Source: Chthonomonadales bacterium | GTDB lineage: Bacteria > Armatimonadota > Chthonomonadetes > Chthonomonadales > CAJBBX01 | Assembly (NCBI GenBank): GCA_013360745.1 | Contig: JABWBA010000001.1 | Span: 64,946-128,945 of the forward strand | Direction of reading: 5' to 3' | Length of the DNA: 64,000 nt | Shown: piece after piece, positions 17,738-27,480 of the stretch | Position numbering within the stretch: position 1 is the first letter of the stretch | Layout of the letters: every line of letters starts with the position of its first letter | Notes under the pieces: model-generated | What the model saw: the letters and a program-made list of their open reading frames with translations, nothing else | What the model was told of the DNA's origin: nothing | Database searches by the model: none | Made by a program: the position numbers and the translations under genes

Positions 17738-18861
17738 CGCATGAGGATCGTTGTCGCTTGACAAATAACCGCTTGAGCGAAACCGCGACAGAACGGGCTG
17801 GTCCTACGTTAGTTCGGTGGTACCGAGCGAGACGACGCGTATTTCCGTGGCGGACGGAACGGCCAGATCCCTACGCTGTTCTCGTGTCGGAGGTCATGCT
17901 CCAGCAGACCCAGGCCGCCACCGTGATTCCTCGGTACATCAAGTGGATGGAGCGATTTCCGACGATCACCGAACTTGCCGACGCCGATCTTGAGGAAGCG
18001 CTGCGCTACTGGCAGGGTCTCGGATATTACTCGCGGGCGCGTCGCCTTCACGAGACGGCCCGCATGGTTCGAGATCACTATCACGGGCGCCTGCCGGACG
18101 ACCTGAAAACGCTCCAACAGCTTCCGGGAATCGGCATCTATACCGCTGGGGCGGTCTCGTCGATCGCATTCGAGCGTGAGGCGCCGGCGTTGGATGTCAA
18201 TGCCACTCGGGTTATCAGTCGGTATGGAGCCCTTGCGCCGCCAATCCATACGGCCGACCTTCACGCCATATGGACCGGATGGTCGCAGAATACGAGCGCC
18301 AGGGATTATTGCGAAGCGCTGATCGAGCTCGGTGCGACGGTATGCACCGCAACCCAACCGCGTTGTGCCGAGTGTCCCATACGACGGTGGTGCAGGGGCG
18401 CCGCAACGGGATCGCCCGAGGTCTATACGCCTCGCCCGGAGACGCCGAGGACAGTAGATCGAATCTACGTTTGTCTGGTGGCGCAGGTACCGTACGGGGT
18501 TGCAGTGCGGCGACGCGATCCCGACGGGATATGGGGTGATTTGTGGACATTCCCTGAGACGCTGGTGGAATCAGCTGAGGAACCAGAGAAGGCCGCTCGT
18601 CGTCTGGCGCGATCCCTGGGAGCAGTGATGCTTACCGACCTGGACTACCTAAGCAGCTTACGATATCGTGTCACACGATATCGGATTACCCTCCATGCGT
18701 ATCAGCTCCAATGGACATCGGCCCCGAAGTGCGAGAAAGACGTCGAGTCTTATGTAATCCGTAGTTGGAGAGACGTGATGGAACTGCCGATGCCCAGTCC
18801 GCACGCGCGCTTGCGGTCGCTCGTTAGTCCGCCTCCTGCCAGCGTTTACATAGAAGGATAG
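17725..18861 (+). CDS. mutY: A/G-specific adenine DNA glycosylase MutY
   Basis: It has FPWR..PYAVLVSEVMLQQTQ, GLGYYSRARRL, the HhH LPGIGIYTAGAV, the 4Fe-4S Cys cluster CTATQPRCAECPIRRWC and a C-terminal NUDIX-like domain. The 5' boundary is uncertain: GTG at 17725, or TTG at 17757 or 17772. Confidence 0.88.
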   Translation: MIVSTHEDRCRLTNNRLSETATERAGPTLVRWYRARRRVFPWRTERPDPYAVLVSEVMLQQTQAATVIPRYIKWMERFPTITELADADLEEALRYWQGLGYYSRARRLHETARMVRDHYHGRLPDDLKTLQQLPGIGIYTAGAVSSIAFEREAPALDVNATRVISRYGALAPPIHTADLHAIWTGWSQNTSARDYCEALIELGATVCTATQPRCAECPIRRWCRGAATGSPEVYTPRPETPRTVDRIYVCLVAQVPYGVAVRRRDPDGIWGDLWTFPETLVESAEEPEKAARRLARSLGAVMLTDLDYLSSLRYRVTRYRITLHAYQLQWTSAPKCEKDVESYVIRSWRDVMELPMPSPHARLRSLVSPPPASVYIEG

Positions 18862-18914
18862 ACGACCATGGTAGGGGAACTAATCCGCATATCTGTGCTG
18901 ATCCAACCGGGACG

Positions 18915-20369
18915 GTGGAGGGGGCGATCGTGAAGGACCTTGCATATCTGGCGCTGGAGACCGCGAGATTACGCGGAGCTGATTATGCGGATGTACGGTT
19001 GATTCGGTATCGACGGCAGAACATAATCGCCGAGGATCTGAACCTATCAGGCTTCGTCGATAGTGAGGATATCGGTCTGGGTGTGAGAGTACTAGTGGAC
19101 GGCGCATGGGGCTTCACTGGAACCAGCAGTTTGTCCCGTGAGGCCATCCAACAAGCGGCTGCGGAGGCTGTGGCGATCGCCAGGGCCTCGTCCTCAGTGC
19201 TCTCACGCAAGGTGTCTCTTGCCCCGGAAACGGCGGTTTCGTTTACGTTTGAATCGTCCTGCGCGATCGACCCGTTCACTGTCCCGATCTCGGAAAAGAC
19301 CGGCCTGCTCCTTAAGATTAACGAACGCCTTCTGGCCACCCGGGAGGTGCGTAAGGCCGGAGCGTTTATGACGCTTCGCAAAGATGAACGAATCTATGTG
19401 AACACCGATGGCTCCGATCTGCAGAGCACGGTGGTCACCACGGGTGCGGGATATCGGGCGACCGCGATCGGGGACGGGGATGCGCGCTCAAGGAGTTATA
19501 TGCCACCTCCTCAAACCCGAGGGTATGAGAATATCGATCAGGAGGAGATGTATCGGAACGTCGAGCGGGTGGCTTCCGAGGCTGTCCAGCACCTGCATGC
19601 GCCGGATTGTCCAACGGGAGTGACGGACCTGATCCTCGACCCTCAGAACCTTGCGTTGACGATTCATGAGTCGGTTGGGCATGCAACGGAACTGGATCGG
19701 GCGCTCGGTTATGAGGAGTCGCTGGCCGGGCGCAGTTTCGCCACACCGGATAAGCTGCGCAATCTGAAGTACGGCTCCGATATCGTCACGTTCATCGCCG
19801 ATAACACTCTCGAAGGAGGCCTCGCTACGCACGGTTTCGACGACGATGGGGTGCCCGGACAGCGCTGGGCCATCGTCGACGACGGACTGTTCACCGGGTA
19901 CAGCTCCGGACGAGAGGTCGCGTCTGAACTCGGTATGTCGCGCAGTACGGGCGGATGTCGGGCCGATCATTGGGGCAGTGTCCCGATCGTACGGATACCG
20001 AACCTCTCCCTGATGCCCGGTCGGGAACCCCTGTCGCTGGACGAACTGATCGCGGATACCGATGATGGCATCTACATCGAGGGGCGAGGGTCCTTCTCGA
20101 TCGACCAGATGCGCTGCAACTTCCAGTTCGGAGGCGACGCGTTCTGGGCGATTCGGCGGGGTAAGATCGTCGGCATGTTGAAGAACGTCACATATCAGAG
20201 TATGACGACGGACTTCTGGGGGAGCTGTGATGCGATCTGCGATGAGCGATCCTGGATTCCCGACGGCGTTCTGAACTGCGGCAAAGGGGACCCGATGCAG
20301 ATATCGCAGATGACGCACGGCGCTGCACCCGCCCGTTTTCGGCGAATCACCGTTGGTGCGGCACGCTAG
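18915..20369 (+). CDS. tldD: TldD-family metalloprotease
   Basis: It carries the HESVGHATELDR (HExxxH) motif characteristic of TldD rather than TldE/PmbA. An alternative GTG start is at 18930. Confidence 0.85.
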   Translation: MEGAIVKDLAYLALETARLRGADYADVRLIRYRRQNIIAEDLNLSGFVDSEDIGLGVRVLVDGAWGFTGTSSLSREAIQQAAAEAVAIARASSSVLSRKVSLAPETAVSFTFESSCAIDPFTVPISEKTGLLLKINERLLATREVRKAGAFMTLRKDERIYVNTDGSDLQSTVVTTGAGYRATAIGDGDARSRSYMPPPQTRGYENIDQEEMYRNVERVASEAVQHLHAPDCPTGVTDLILDPQNLALTIHESVGHATELDRALGYEESLAGRSFATPDKLRNLKYGSDIVTFIADNTLEGGLATHGFDDDGVPGQRWAIVDDGLFTGYSSGREVASELGMSRSTGGCRADHWGSVPIVRIPNLSLMPGREPLSLDELIADTDDGIYIEGRGSFSIDQMRCNFQFGGDAFWAIRRGKIVGMLKNVTYQSMTTDFWGSCDAICDERSWIPDGVLNCGKGDPMQISQMTHGAAPARFRRITVGAAR

Positions 20370-20383
20370 AAAGGGATGATCAG

Positions 20384-20578
20384 GTGATGGTCAAAATCGA
20401 GGTGTTGAAAAACGGCCCGTTGTACATTACCGGCGATATTGAGATCGTGGACGCTCAGGAGAATCCGATCCCGCTCAGGACACCCGGTAAGGCAGTACTA
20501 TGTCGCTGCGGTCGCTCAAAGGATAAACCGTTCTGCGATGGATCGCATAAGCAGACTGGCTGGTCGGACGAAGGTTAG
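20384..20578 (+). CDS. CDGSH-type iron-sulfur domain protein
   Basis: It is 64 aa and carries the signature CRCGRSKDKPFCDGSH. Confidence 0.85.
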   Translation: MMVKIEVLKNGPLYITGDIEIVDAQENPIPLRTPGKAVLCRCGRSKDKPFCDGSHKQTGWSDEG

Positions 20579-20620
20579 ATTTCGTGGGATGAGGACCTCT
20601 CTGAGCCGCACCCGGGTGGG

Positions 20621-23152
20621 TTAGTCTGAGCCCGGCCTGGCCGCTGGGATCTCGTCCGTTGCTACCTCATCGTTACGCAGGACTTCGATCGAGGCAACGC
20701 TGTCGTCAGGCTCCATCCGCTGCAGACGGACACCCTGCGTGCTCCTGCCTGCCGCGCGTATCTCATTGACTTCCATGCGAATGGCTACGCCGTTGACGGT
20801 GATGAGCATCAGGCGATCAGCGGGAGTCACGACGGTTGCGGCAACGACGGGGCCCGTCTTTTCGGTTACTTCCATTGTGATGATGCCGCGTCCGCCCCGG
20901 GATTGGATACGATACAGGCTGAGGTCCGAGCGCTTACCGACGCCTCGTTCTCCGACAACGAGCAGCTGACGAGAAGGATCAACAAGATCCACGGCTACAA
21001 CGGTATCCGCAAGCTGCTTGTTTTCGTCGCGCATCTCAATGCCGCGAACGCCGCCGGCTGGTCTACCGCGGACAGGGATATCGGATTCGTGGTAGCGAAT
21101 GGATTTGCCCATTCGTGTTACCATGATGCACTCTTGATTGCCGTCGGTCAGCATGGCCCAGCGAAGCTCATCACTCGGTTCAAGATCGAAGCAGATGAGC
21201 CCGTTCGCCCGGAGATTGGCGAAATCTCGGATATCTACCCGTTTCACCTCACCCTGGCGCGTCGCCATCAGCATGTAGCCGGAGGCAGATTGGAGATCCT
21301 TAACCGGCACCGACGCAGTCACCAGGTCGCCGGCCTCGATGTTGATCATATTGACAACCGCCGTGCCCATGGCCGTTCGGGAGCATTGGGGCACTTCATA
21401 GGCGCGGAGTTTGTACACTCGACCACGGTTGGTAAAGAACAGGATGTAATCGTGGGTGTTGGCCACGAATAGATGTTGAATCGCGTCTTCCGCCCGGGTT
21501 GTCGCCCCGATGATGCCGCGACCTCCCCGCTTCTGCGTTCGGTAGGCATCCATCGTGACCCGCTTGACATATCCGTTACGCGTAACGGTGATAATCATGT
21601 CCTCTTCGGGAATGAGGTCCTCGTCGCCGATATCTTCCGGCTCAGTACCGATGATTCGTGTCCGACGCTCATCCCCATGTTTCGCCTTCAGGTTCCGCAG
21701 TTCATCCTTGATAATCGCTGTGATGCGGTCCGCATTAATGAGAATGTCCTCATAGTTGCCGATCTCCTTCAGTTTCCCGCGATACTCGGTCTCGATCCGC
21801 TCACGGTTCAGTCTGGTTAACTGACGCAGCTGAGTGTCGAGGATCGCGGTCGCCTGTAGTTGGGTCAGACCGAAGCGTTCCATCAGGCTGTTGCGAGCGA
21901 TATGGTCGTTGTCGGAGGCTCGGATGATTCGGATGATCTCGTCGATGAAGTCCAGTGCGATCTGGAGTCCTTCGAGAATATGCGCACGGGCCTGAGCACG
22001 GCCGAGCTCGTACAGGGTCCTGCGATAAATGATTTCCCGTCGGTGCTCAAGGTACAGGCGGATCAACTCCGCGAGGGTAACCAGCTTGGGCTGATTATTG
22101 ACAAGAGCGAGGAGGATCACACCGAAGGTTGTGCGAAGCGCCGTGTGTTTCAGCAGGTAGTTCAGTACCTTTTTCGGATGGGAATCCCGTTTCAGGGTTA
22201 TGACGACACGAATGCCGTGGCGATCGGTAAAGTCCTGGATATCTGCGATCCCCTCGACCCTGCGGGCCTTCGCGAGCTCAGCGATCGTCGTCTGAAGGGT
22301 CTGTTTGTTGACCTGATAGGGGAGTTCGGTAATGACGATCGCGCTCCGCCCTCCGTCCACCGGTTCAATCTGAACGTTCGCCTGGACTACGACTCGGCCT
22401 CTGCCCGTAGCATAAGCATCCTGGATGCCCCGTTTACCCAGGATAAATCCGGCTGTCGGGAAATCCGGCCCCGGCACCATCTGAAGCAAGTCGGTTACGG
22501 TGGCCTCCGGATTGTCAAGCATATGCATGCATGCGTCGCATATTTCGCTCAGATTATGGGGTGGGATCTTCGTCGTCATCCCGACGGCGATGCCTTCTGA
22601 GCCGTTGCATAACAGGTTGGGAAATCGGGCCGGCAGCACCGAAGGCTCGCTCCGCGATTGGTCGTAGTTCTCCATCCAATCGACGGTATCACGATCGAGA
22701 TCGGCGAGCATTTCGGTAGCGAACACGGCCATGCGTGCTTCCGTATATCGCATCGCAGCCGGCGGATCTCCGTCGATGCTGCCGAAGTTACCCTGCCCGT
22801 CGACCAGAGGATAACGCAGGCTAAAGTCCTGCGCCATTCGCACCATCGTGGGGTAGATTACGCTCTCGCCGTGAGGATGATAGTTGCCCGAGGTATCCCC
22901 GCAGATCTTCGCAGACTTACGATGCTGTGAGCCGGGAACGAGGTTGAGATCGTGCATGGCCATGAGTATTCGGCGCTGCACGGGTTTGAGACCATCACGG
23001 GCATCAGGCAGGGCGCGTGCTATCAGCGTAGAGACAGCGTAGCCGAGATAGGAGCGTCGCAACTCATCTTCGATGTCAACGACCAGCAGATTATCCGATA
23101 CTCCTTCGTCGCTTTGTCTCGGCTCAAATGGGAGTTCGGGTTCTTCTGACAT
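20621..23152 (-). CDS. gyrA: DNA gyrase subunit A
   Basis: It contains ALPDARDGLKPVQRRIL, GNYHPHGESVIYPTMVRMAQ and the C-terminal beta-pinwheel repeats. The start was trimmed to the ATG at 23152 (MSEEPE...). Confidence 0.95.
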   Translation of the reverse strand: MSEEPELPFEPRQSDEGVSDNLLVVDIEDELRRSYLGYAVSTLIARALPDARDGLKPVQRRILMAMHDLNLVPGSQHRKSAKICGDTSGNYHPHGESVIYPTMVRMAQDFSLRYPLVDGQGNFGSIDGDPPAAMRYTEARMAVFATEMLADLDRDTVDWMENYDQSRSEPSVLPARFPNLLCNGSEGIAVGMTTKIPPHNLSEICDACMHMLDNPEATVTDLLQMVPGPDFPTAGFILGKRGIQDAYATGRGRVVVQANVQIEPVDGGRSAIVITELPYQVNKQTLQTTIAELAKARRVEGIADIQDFTDRHGIRVVITLKRDSHPKKVLNYLLKHTALRTTFGVILLALVNNQPKLVTLAELIRLYLEHRREIIYRRTLYELGRAQARAHILEGLQIALDFIDEIIRIIRASDNDHIARNSLMERFGLTQLQATAILDTQLRQLTRLNRERIETEYRGKLKEIGNYEDILINADRITAIIKDELRNLKAKHGDERRTRIIGTEPEDIGDEDLIPEEDMIITVTRNGYVKRVTMDAYRTQKRGGRGIIGATTRAEDAIQHLFVANTHDYILFFTNRGRVYKLRAYEVPQCSRTAMGTAVVNMINIEAGDLVTASVPVKDLQSASGYMLMATRQGEVKRVDIRDFANLRANGLICFDLEPSDELRWAMLTDGNQECIMVTRMGKSIRYHESDIPVRGRPAGGVRGIEMRDENKQLADTVVAVDLVDPSRQLLVVGERGVGKRSDLSLYRIQSRGGRGIITMEVTEKTGPVVAATVVTPADRLMLITVNGVAIRMEVNEIRAAGRSTQGVRLQRMEPDDSVASIEVLRNDEVATDEIPAARPGSD

Positions 23153-23191
23153 ACCTGGCGCCTGCTCTCTGGGGATTGCTGCTTCCGTCCT

Positions 23192-23197
23192 ATTATA
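23192..23197 (-). promoter_or_regulatory. candidate -10 box (TATAAT) upstream of gyrA
   Basis: The minus strand has TATAAT about 40 nt upstream of the gyrA ATG. I found no convincing -35. Confidence 0.3.
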
Positions 23198-23397
23198 CCT
23201 TGGGACGTACCCGTACCGCTCGTCAGGCACAGGGCGATTCGACTGGGGTATATTCCGACGAAGATCCTTGTCCGCATTCCTCCTGCAAGGACGCTCGATG
23301 CGTTATGGCCGCCGTTTCGGTGCACGGTACATCGCGGCCAACGCCGTTCGGTACCTGCTTATTGCGCGACCAGGCGCACCGAAGGCCGCTTTCTCGG

Positions 23398-25527
23398 ATG
23401 ATGATGAACGCGAGAGAACCTGATATCAAGAGCGCAGCTGCCGGATCATTCGCGGATCCGTTGAGGCATTTACCCGGCGTCAGCCCGCAGGCGGCCCGCT
23501 CGTTTGAGCGCCTTGGTATTCGGACGCTCGACGATCTGCTGGGCCACATTCCGCTGCGCTATGAGGACCGAAGCGTTGTTACGCCCATCGCGGATCTTCG
23601 GCCTGGCCAGACGGCCCTCGTTAGGGGTCTGATCAGCTCCGTGGACAAGCGGGACACAAAGCGCCCGGGTATGACGCTGGTCCGGGCCGTCATCTCGGAT
23701 GATACCGGATCTGCTGAGATGGTGTTCTTCAATCAGCCATACCTGGTCAAGCAGTTTGCCGAGCGAATCAGGCGCCGAAGTCCAATCTACGCCTACGGCA
23801 ACATTGCGCCATCGGGCTTTGGACTCAGGACCATAGAGCACCCCGAGTGGGAGGATGACGATCCCCGCCATCAAACACTCGCTGGGAATCGGATCGTTCC
23901 GATCTATGGGCTTGGCGATGGTTTGAACCAGGCTCGTATTCGACGTACGGTATCCACGCTGCTCGATACGCGCGGGAGCGCGATCACCGATCAGCTCCCG
24001 GCGCATATCCGAACCAGATATGGGCTTCTTGATGCCAGGACTGCCTACCGGGAAGTGCACCTGCCGAACTCCATGGCACAGGCGGCGGCGGCAAGGAAAC
24101 GATTGGTATTCGAGGAGTTTCTCGTCCTGCAGTTAGCCTATGGATTGATCCGTGGCGCCAGAGGGAATAGGACTACTGATCATGTGATCCCATACGGACC
24201 ATCGATTTTGGACGATTTGACCGAGCTGCTCCTACCGTTCCAGCCGACATCGGCGCAGCGTCACGCTATCCGGACGATAGCCGAGGACATGGCATCTGGT
24301 CGGCCAATGAACCGATTGCTGCATGGTGATGTTGGATCGGGCAAGACGGCTGTGGCGGCGGTAGCCATCGCGCTAGCGGCACGGGCCGGCATGCAGTCTG
24401 CGGTGATGGCGCCCACGGAAGTATTGGCGCAGCAGCATGCAGCTTCGTTAGGCGAGTGGCTTGCACGTGCCGAGATCCGGACCGGACTGGCGATCGGAGG
24501 CGCGTCGGCATCGGATCGTACCAGTCTGCGCTCAGGCGCCGCCGCAGGTACGATTCCCGTGATCATCGGAACTCATGCGCTCATAGAGGCGGAGGTGCAG
24601 TTTGCGAATCTCGGCCTCGTGATCGTCGATGAGCAGCACAGGTTTGGCGTCCTTCAGAGACAGGCGCTGCAGGAAAAGGGCCATGAGGTGCATATGCTCG
24701 TGATGAGCGCCACCCCGATCCCGAGAACGCTGACTCTCGTTCTATACGGTGATCTCGATGTCACAGCGTTACATGAGATGCCGCCAGGACGGCGTCCCGT
24801 GATAACTCACCTGAGATCGCAGGCACAGGCTCGCCAGGTATACGAAGGCGTCGGCGAGCTGATTCGGCGCGGACGGCAAGCCTATGTTGTCTGTCCGCTG
24901 GTCGACGACAGCCAGGCGGTCGAAGCTGTTGCCGCCACGCGCCATGTCGAGCGCATACGGATGGAATATCTGCCCGCGTGTCGCATAGGCTTATTGCACG
25001 GACAGATGCCGGCGCAGGAGAAGCGTCGCACGATGGCCGCGTTTCGGGCAAATGAGCTTGATGTGCTTGTCAGCACAACAGTCATCGAGGTCGGACTGGA
25101 TGTTCCGAACGCTGCCGTAATAGTAATCGAAAACGCTGATCGCTTCGGCCTGGCGCAACTGCATCAGCTCCGGGGGCGCGTAGGGCGAAGCGATAAAGCC
25201 TCGTACTGTGTGTTGATCGCGGATCCGAAAACCGATGAAGCGAAAGCCCGCCTTCGGGCGATGGTAGATACCAATGACGGATTTCGGATTGCAGAAGCGG
25301 ATCTCAGATTGCGTGGGCCGGGCGAGTTCTTCGGAACTCGTCAAAGCGGTATCCCGACATTCCGGTTTGGCGATATACTCAGAGACGAGTCCATATTGCT
25401 GGAGGCCCGAGAGTGTGCGAATGCAGTACTACAACAAGATCCGGATCTCACGATCGATGAGCATCGGAACCTTCGTATATCAGCGCTCGCGATGCTTGCC
25501 AGGCTCGAAGCAGTGAGGGCGGGGTAA
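23398..25527 (+). CDS. recG: ATP-dependent DNA helicase RecG
   Basis: It has a wedge-domain N-terminus and the SF2 motifs GDVGSGKT, VIVDEQHRFG, SATPIPRT and HQLRGRVGR. The start was trimmed to the ATG run at 23398. Confidence 0.92.
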   Translation: MMMNAREPDIKSAAAGSFADPLRHLPGVSPQAARSFERLGIRTLDDLLGHIPLRYEDRSVVTPIADLRPGQTALVRGLISSVDKRDTKRPGMTLVRAVISDDTGSAEMVFFNQPYLVKQFAERIRRRSPIYAYGNIAPSGFGLRTIEHPEWEDDDPRHQTLAGNRIVPIYGLGDGLNQARIRRTVSTLLDTRGSAITDQLPAHIRTRYGLLDARTAYREVHLPNSMAQAAAARKRLVFEEFLVLQLAYGLIRGARGNRTTDHVIPYGPSILDDLTELLLPFQPTSAQRHAIRTIAEDMASGRPMNRLLHGDVGSGKTAVAAVAIALAARAGMQSAVMAPTEVLAQQHAASLGEWLARAEIRTGLAIGGASASDRTSLRSGAAAGTIPVIIGTHALIEAEVQFANLGLVIVDEQHRFGVLQRQALQEKGHEVHMLVMSATPIPRTLTLVLYGDLDVTALHEMPPGRRPVITHLRSQAQARQVYEGVGELIRRGRQAYVVCPLVDDSQAVEAVAATRHVERIRMEYLPACRIGLLHGQMPAQEKRRTMAAFRANELDVLVSTTVIEVGLDVPNAAVIVIENADRFGLAQLHQLRGRVGRSDKASYCVLIADPKTDEAKARLRAMVDTNDGFRIAEADLRLRGPGEFFGTRQSGIPTFRFGDILRDESILLEARECANAVLQQDPDLTIDEHRNLRISALAMLARLEAVRAG

Positions 25528-25530
25528 GCC

Positions 25531-26013
25531 GTGTGCAGTTTTGATGCTGTAGTCCCGGGCAGCTTCGATCCCGCGACCAACGGTCACGTAGATATCATCG
25601 AGCGTGCCGCTCGACTATTCCGTCGTGTCATCGTCGCTGTTGCAGCCAACGGCATCAAACAACCGTTGTTCAGTCCCGAGATCCGGGTGGAGATGCTGCG
25701 CGATGCCTGCCGTCATCTCGAAAATGTCTCGGTGGCGTCGTTCGACGGGTTACTGGTTGATTACGCAAGGTCCATTGGGGCTCGGACGATCGTACGCGGA
25801 CTCCGAGCGGTGTCGGATTTCGAGTATGAGCTGCAGATGGCGCATACAAACCGATGCCTAACCGACGAGATCGAAACTATCTTCGTCCCGACGCGGACGG
25901 ACTATTCATTCCTCAGTTCCAGTATAGTCAAAGAGATCGCCCGCTTAGGCGGATCGGTGGAAGGATTGGTGCCTGAAGGTGTTCGACGACGACTTGGCGA
26001 CAGACACGAATAA
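25531..26013 (+). CDS. coaD: phosphopantetheine adenylyltransferase
   Basis: It contains [21 protein letters not shown] and [14 protein letters not shown]. Confidence 0.92.
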   Translation: MCSFDAVVPGSFDPATNGHVDIIERAARLFRRVIVAVAANGIKQPLFSPEIRVEMLRDACRHLENVSVASFDGLLVDYARSIGARTIVRGLRAVSDFEYELQMAHTNRCLTDEIETIFVPTRTDYSFLSSSIVKEIARLGGSVEGLVPEGVRRRLGDRHE

Positions 26014-26671
26014 CGGGGATGACGGCTCGAAAACCGTCTCGGATCGACCGCTGCCGAGGACCGGAGGGCTACAGCGTCCAGATAGCGAACACGCGGACGT
26101 CTACGCAATCCTGCGGGAGCTCGAAGAGCTCCCGGATAAGGCAACCCGCCTCCCTATTGGGTCGATTCTCATCGGTTTCGACCATAGGCGGTTTCATGAT
26201 CTTGTATTGAAAATGCGTGCGAATCTTCCCGCTGATGTTCGAGTTGCCCGGAGGATTACCCGGGATCAGGATAAGATGGTCGGCCAGGCGAAGCAACAGT
26301 GCGATAACCTTATAGCCGAAGGGAAGCGTAAGGCCGACGAGCTGATCGCCAATGCCGAACATAACGCCAGTGAGCTGATCGAAAAAGCGCAGTTGAAGTC
26401 CGAGCGAATCATCGCTGAAGCCGAGATTGAGGCGCAGAAACTGGTAAGCGAAAGCCAGGTAGTCCAGGTAGCTCGGAGCCAGGCCAAGGAGATTCTGCAT
26501 CGGGCCGGTACGGAGGCGGAGGACATGCGGCTGGGGGCAACGGATTACGCCTCGGATGTCCTGACGAACCTTGCCGCAGCTCTCGAGCGAGCCCATGGTG
26601 AGGTAGAACGGGGCCGCAAACGTCTGGAGGATGTCCGCGTGGAACTCTCAGACCCATCCGATAGGGGCTGA
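25979..26671 (+). CDS. hypothetical coiled-coil protein (ATP-synthase b/E-like heptad region)
   Basis: It has a long Ala/Glu/Lys-rich helical segment ([43 protein letters not shown]). The GTG start overlaps the coaD 3' end. I recognise no family. Confidence 0.45.
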   Translation: MFDDDLATDTNNGDDGSKTVSDRPLPRTGGLQRPDSEHADVYAILRELEELPDKATRLPIGSILIGFDHRRFHDLVLKMRANLPADVRVARRITRDQDKMVGQAKQQCDNLIAEGKRKADELIANAEHNASELIEKAQLKSERIIAEAEIEAQKLVSESQVVQVARSQAKEILHRAGTEAEDMRLGATDYASDVLTNLAAALERAHGEVERGRKRLEDVRVELSDPSDRG

Positions 26672-26685
26672 TACCGGGGTTTGTC

Positions 26686-27234
26686 ATGCCAAAGCGCCCA
26701 ACTTTGGACCTCTCTGAGGTACTCTCGCATGTCGGCCTGACACGGGAGTATCCCATCGACGTGCCGGCAATCGTAGAAGATCCACTGTACGGCGTCGACG
26801 CCGTACGCGGCTCAATACGGCTGACGAACTCCGGGAGCGCTTTGATCGTTGCGGGCCGGGTGGATACTGTGGTACAGCTTGAATGCTGCCGATGTCTTGC
26901 TCCGATGGTAGAAGCGATCGGAGCGGATATTGACGAGCAGTTCGTGCTAACTCCGTCCCGCTCGCGGCGCTCTCCGGCTGCAGTCGAGGAGGAGGAAACG
27001 GAGCTGAGCGGCAGGTTGTTCCATGGCGCGATCCTGGACCTGGCGGAACTGCTCCGACAGGTGCTGACGCCGATCTTGCCATCTCGGCCTCTGCACAGTG
27101 CGGATTGCCTGGGGCTCTGTTCCCAGTGCGGCAAGGATCTAAACGAAGGACCCTGTGGATGCCTTACGGCGAGCGAGGCTTCGCGTTCGCGCCTCGGGAC
27201 GCTGCTCTCTGAACTACGCGATCGGTCGGATTGA
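26686..27234 (+). CDS. yceD: YceD/DUF177 family protein (23S rRNA accumulation protein)
   Basis: It sits in the conserved position immediately upstream of rpmF, with the typical Cys pairs (CCRCL ... CLGLCSQCG). Confidence 0.8.
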   Translation: MPKRPTLDLSEVLSHVGLTREYPIDVPAIVEDPLYGVDAVRGSIRLTNSGSALIVAGRVDTVVQLECCRCLAPMVEAIGADIDEQFVLTPSRSRRSPAAVEEEETELSGRLFHGAILDLAELLRQVLTPILPSRPLHSADCLGLCSQCGKDLNEGPCGCLTASEASRSRLGTLLSELRDRSD

Positions 27235-27270
27235 GACAGTCGCGCTTATCCTAACTGAACGAGGAGACCC

Positions 27271-27468
27271 ATGCCCCTACCAAAACGTCGTCATTCGAAC
27301 CAGCGGACGAGATTGCGTCGCACCCATTATAAGCTCAAACTGCCAGTCGTCGGTGAGTGCCCCCGATGCAATGCACCAAGACAGCCGTACCATGTCTGCC
27401 CTTCTTGCGGTTACTACAACAACCGAGCGGTGGTCAAGACCAAACGGAAGCCTGGTACCTCTAACTAG
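27271..27468 (+). CDS. rpmF: 50S ribosomal protein L32
   Basis: It reads MPLPKRRHSNQRTRLRRTH...CPRCNAPRQPYHVCPSCGYY. Confidence 0.92.
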   Translation: MPLPKRRHSNQRTRLRRTHYKLKLPVVGECPRCNAPRQPYHVCPSCGYYNNRAVVKTKRKPGTSN

Positions 27469-27480
27469 GCGCGCGGGCGA

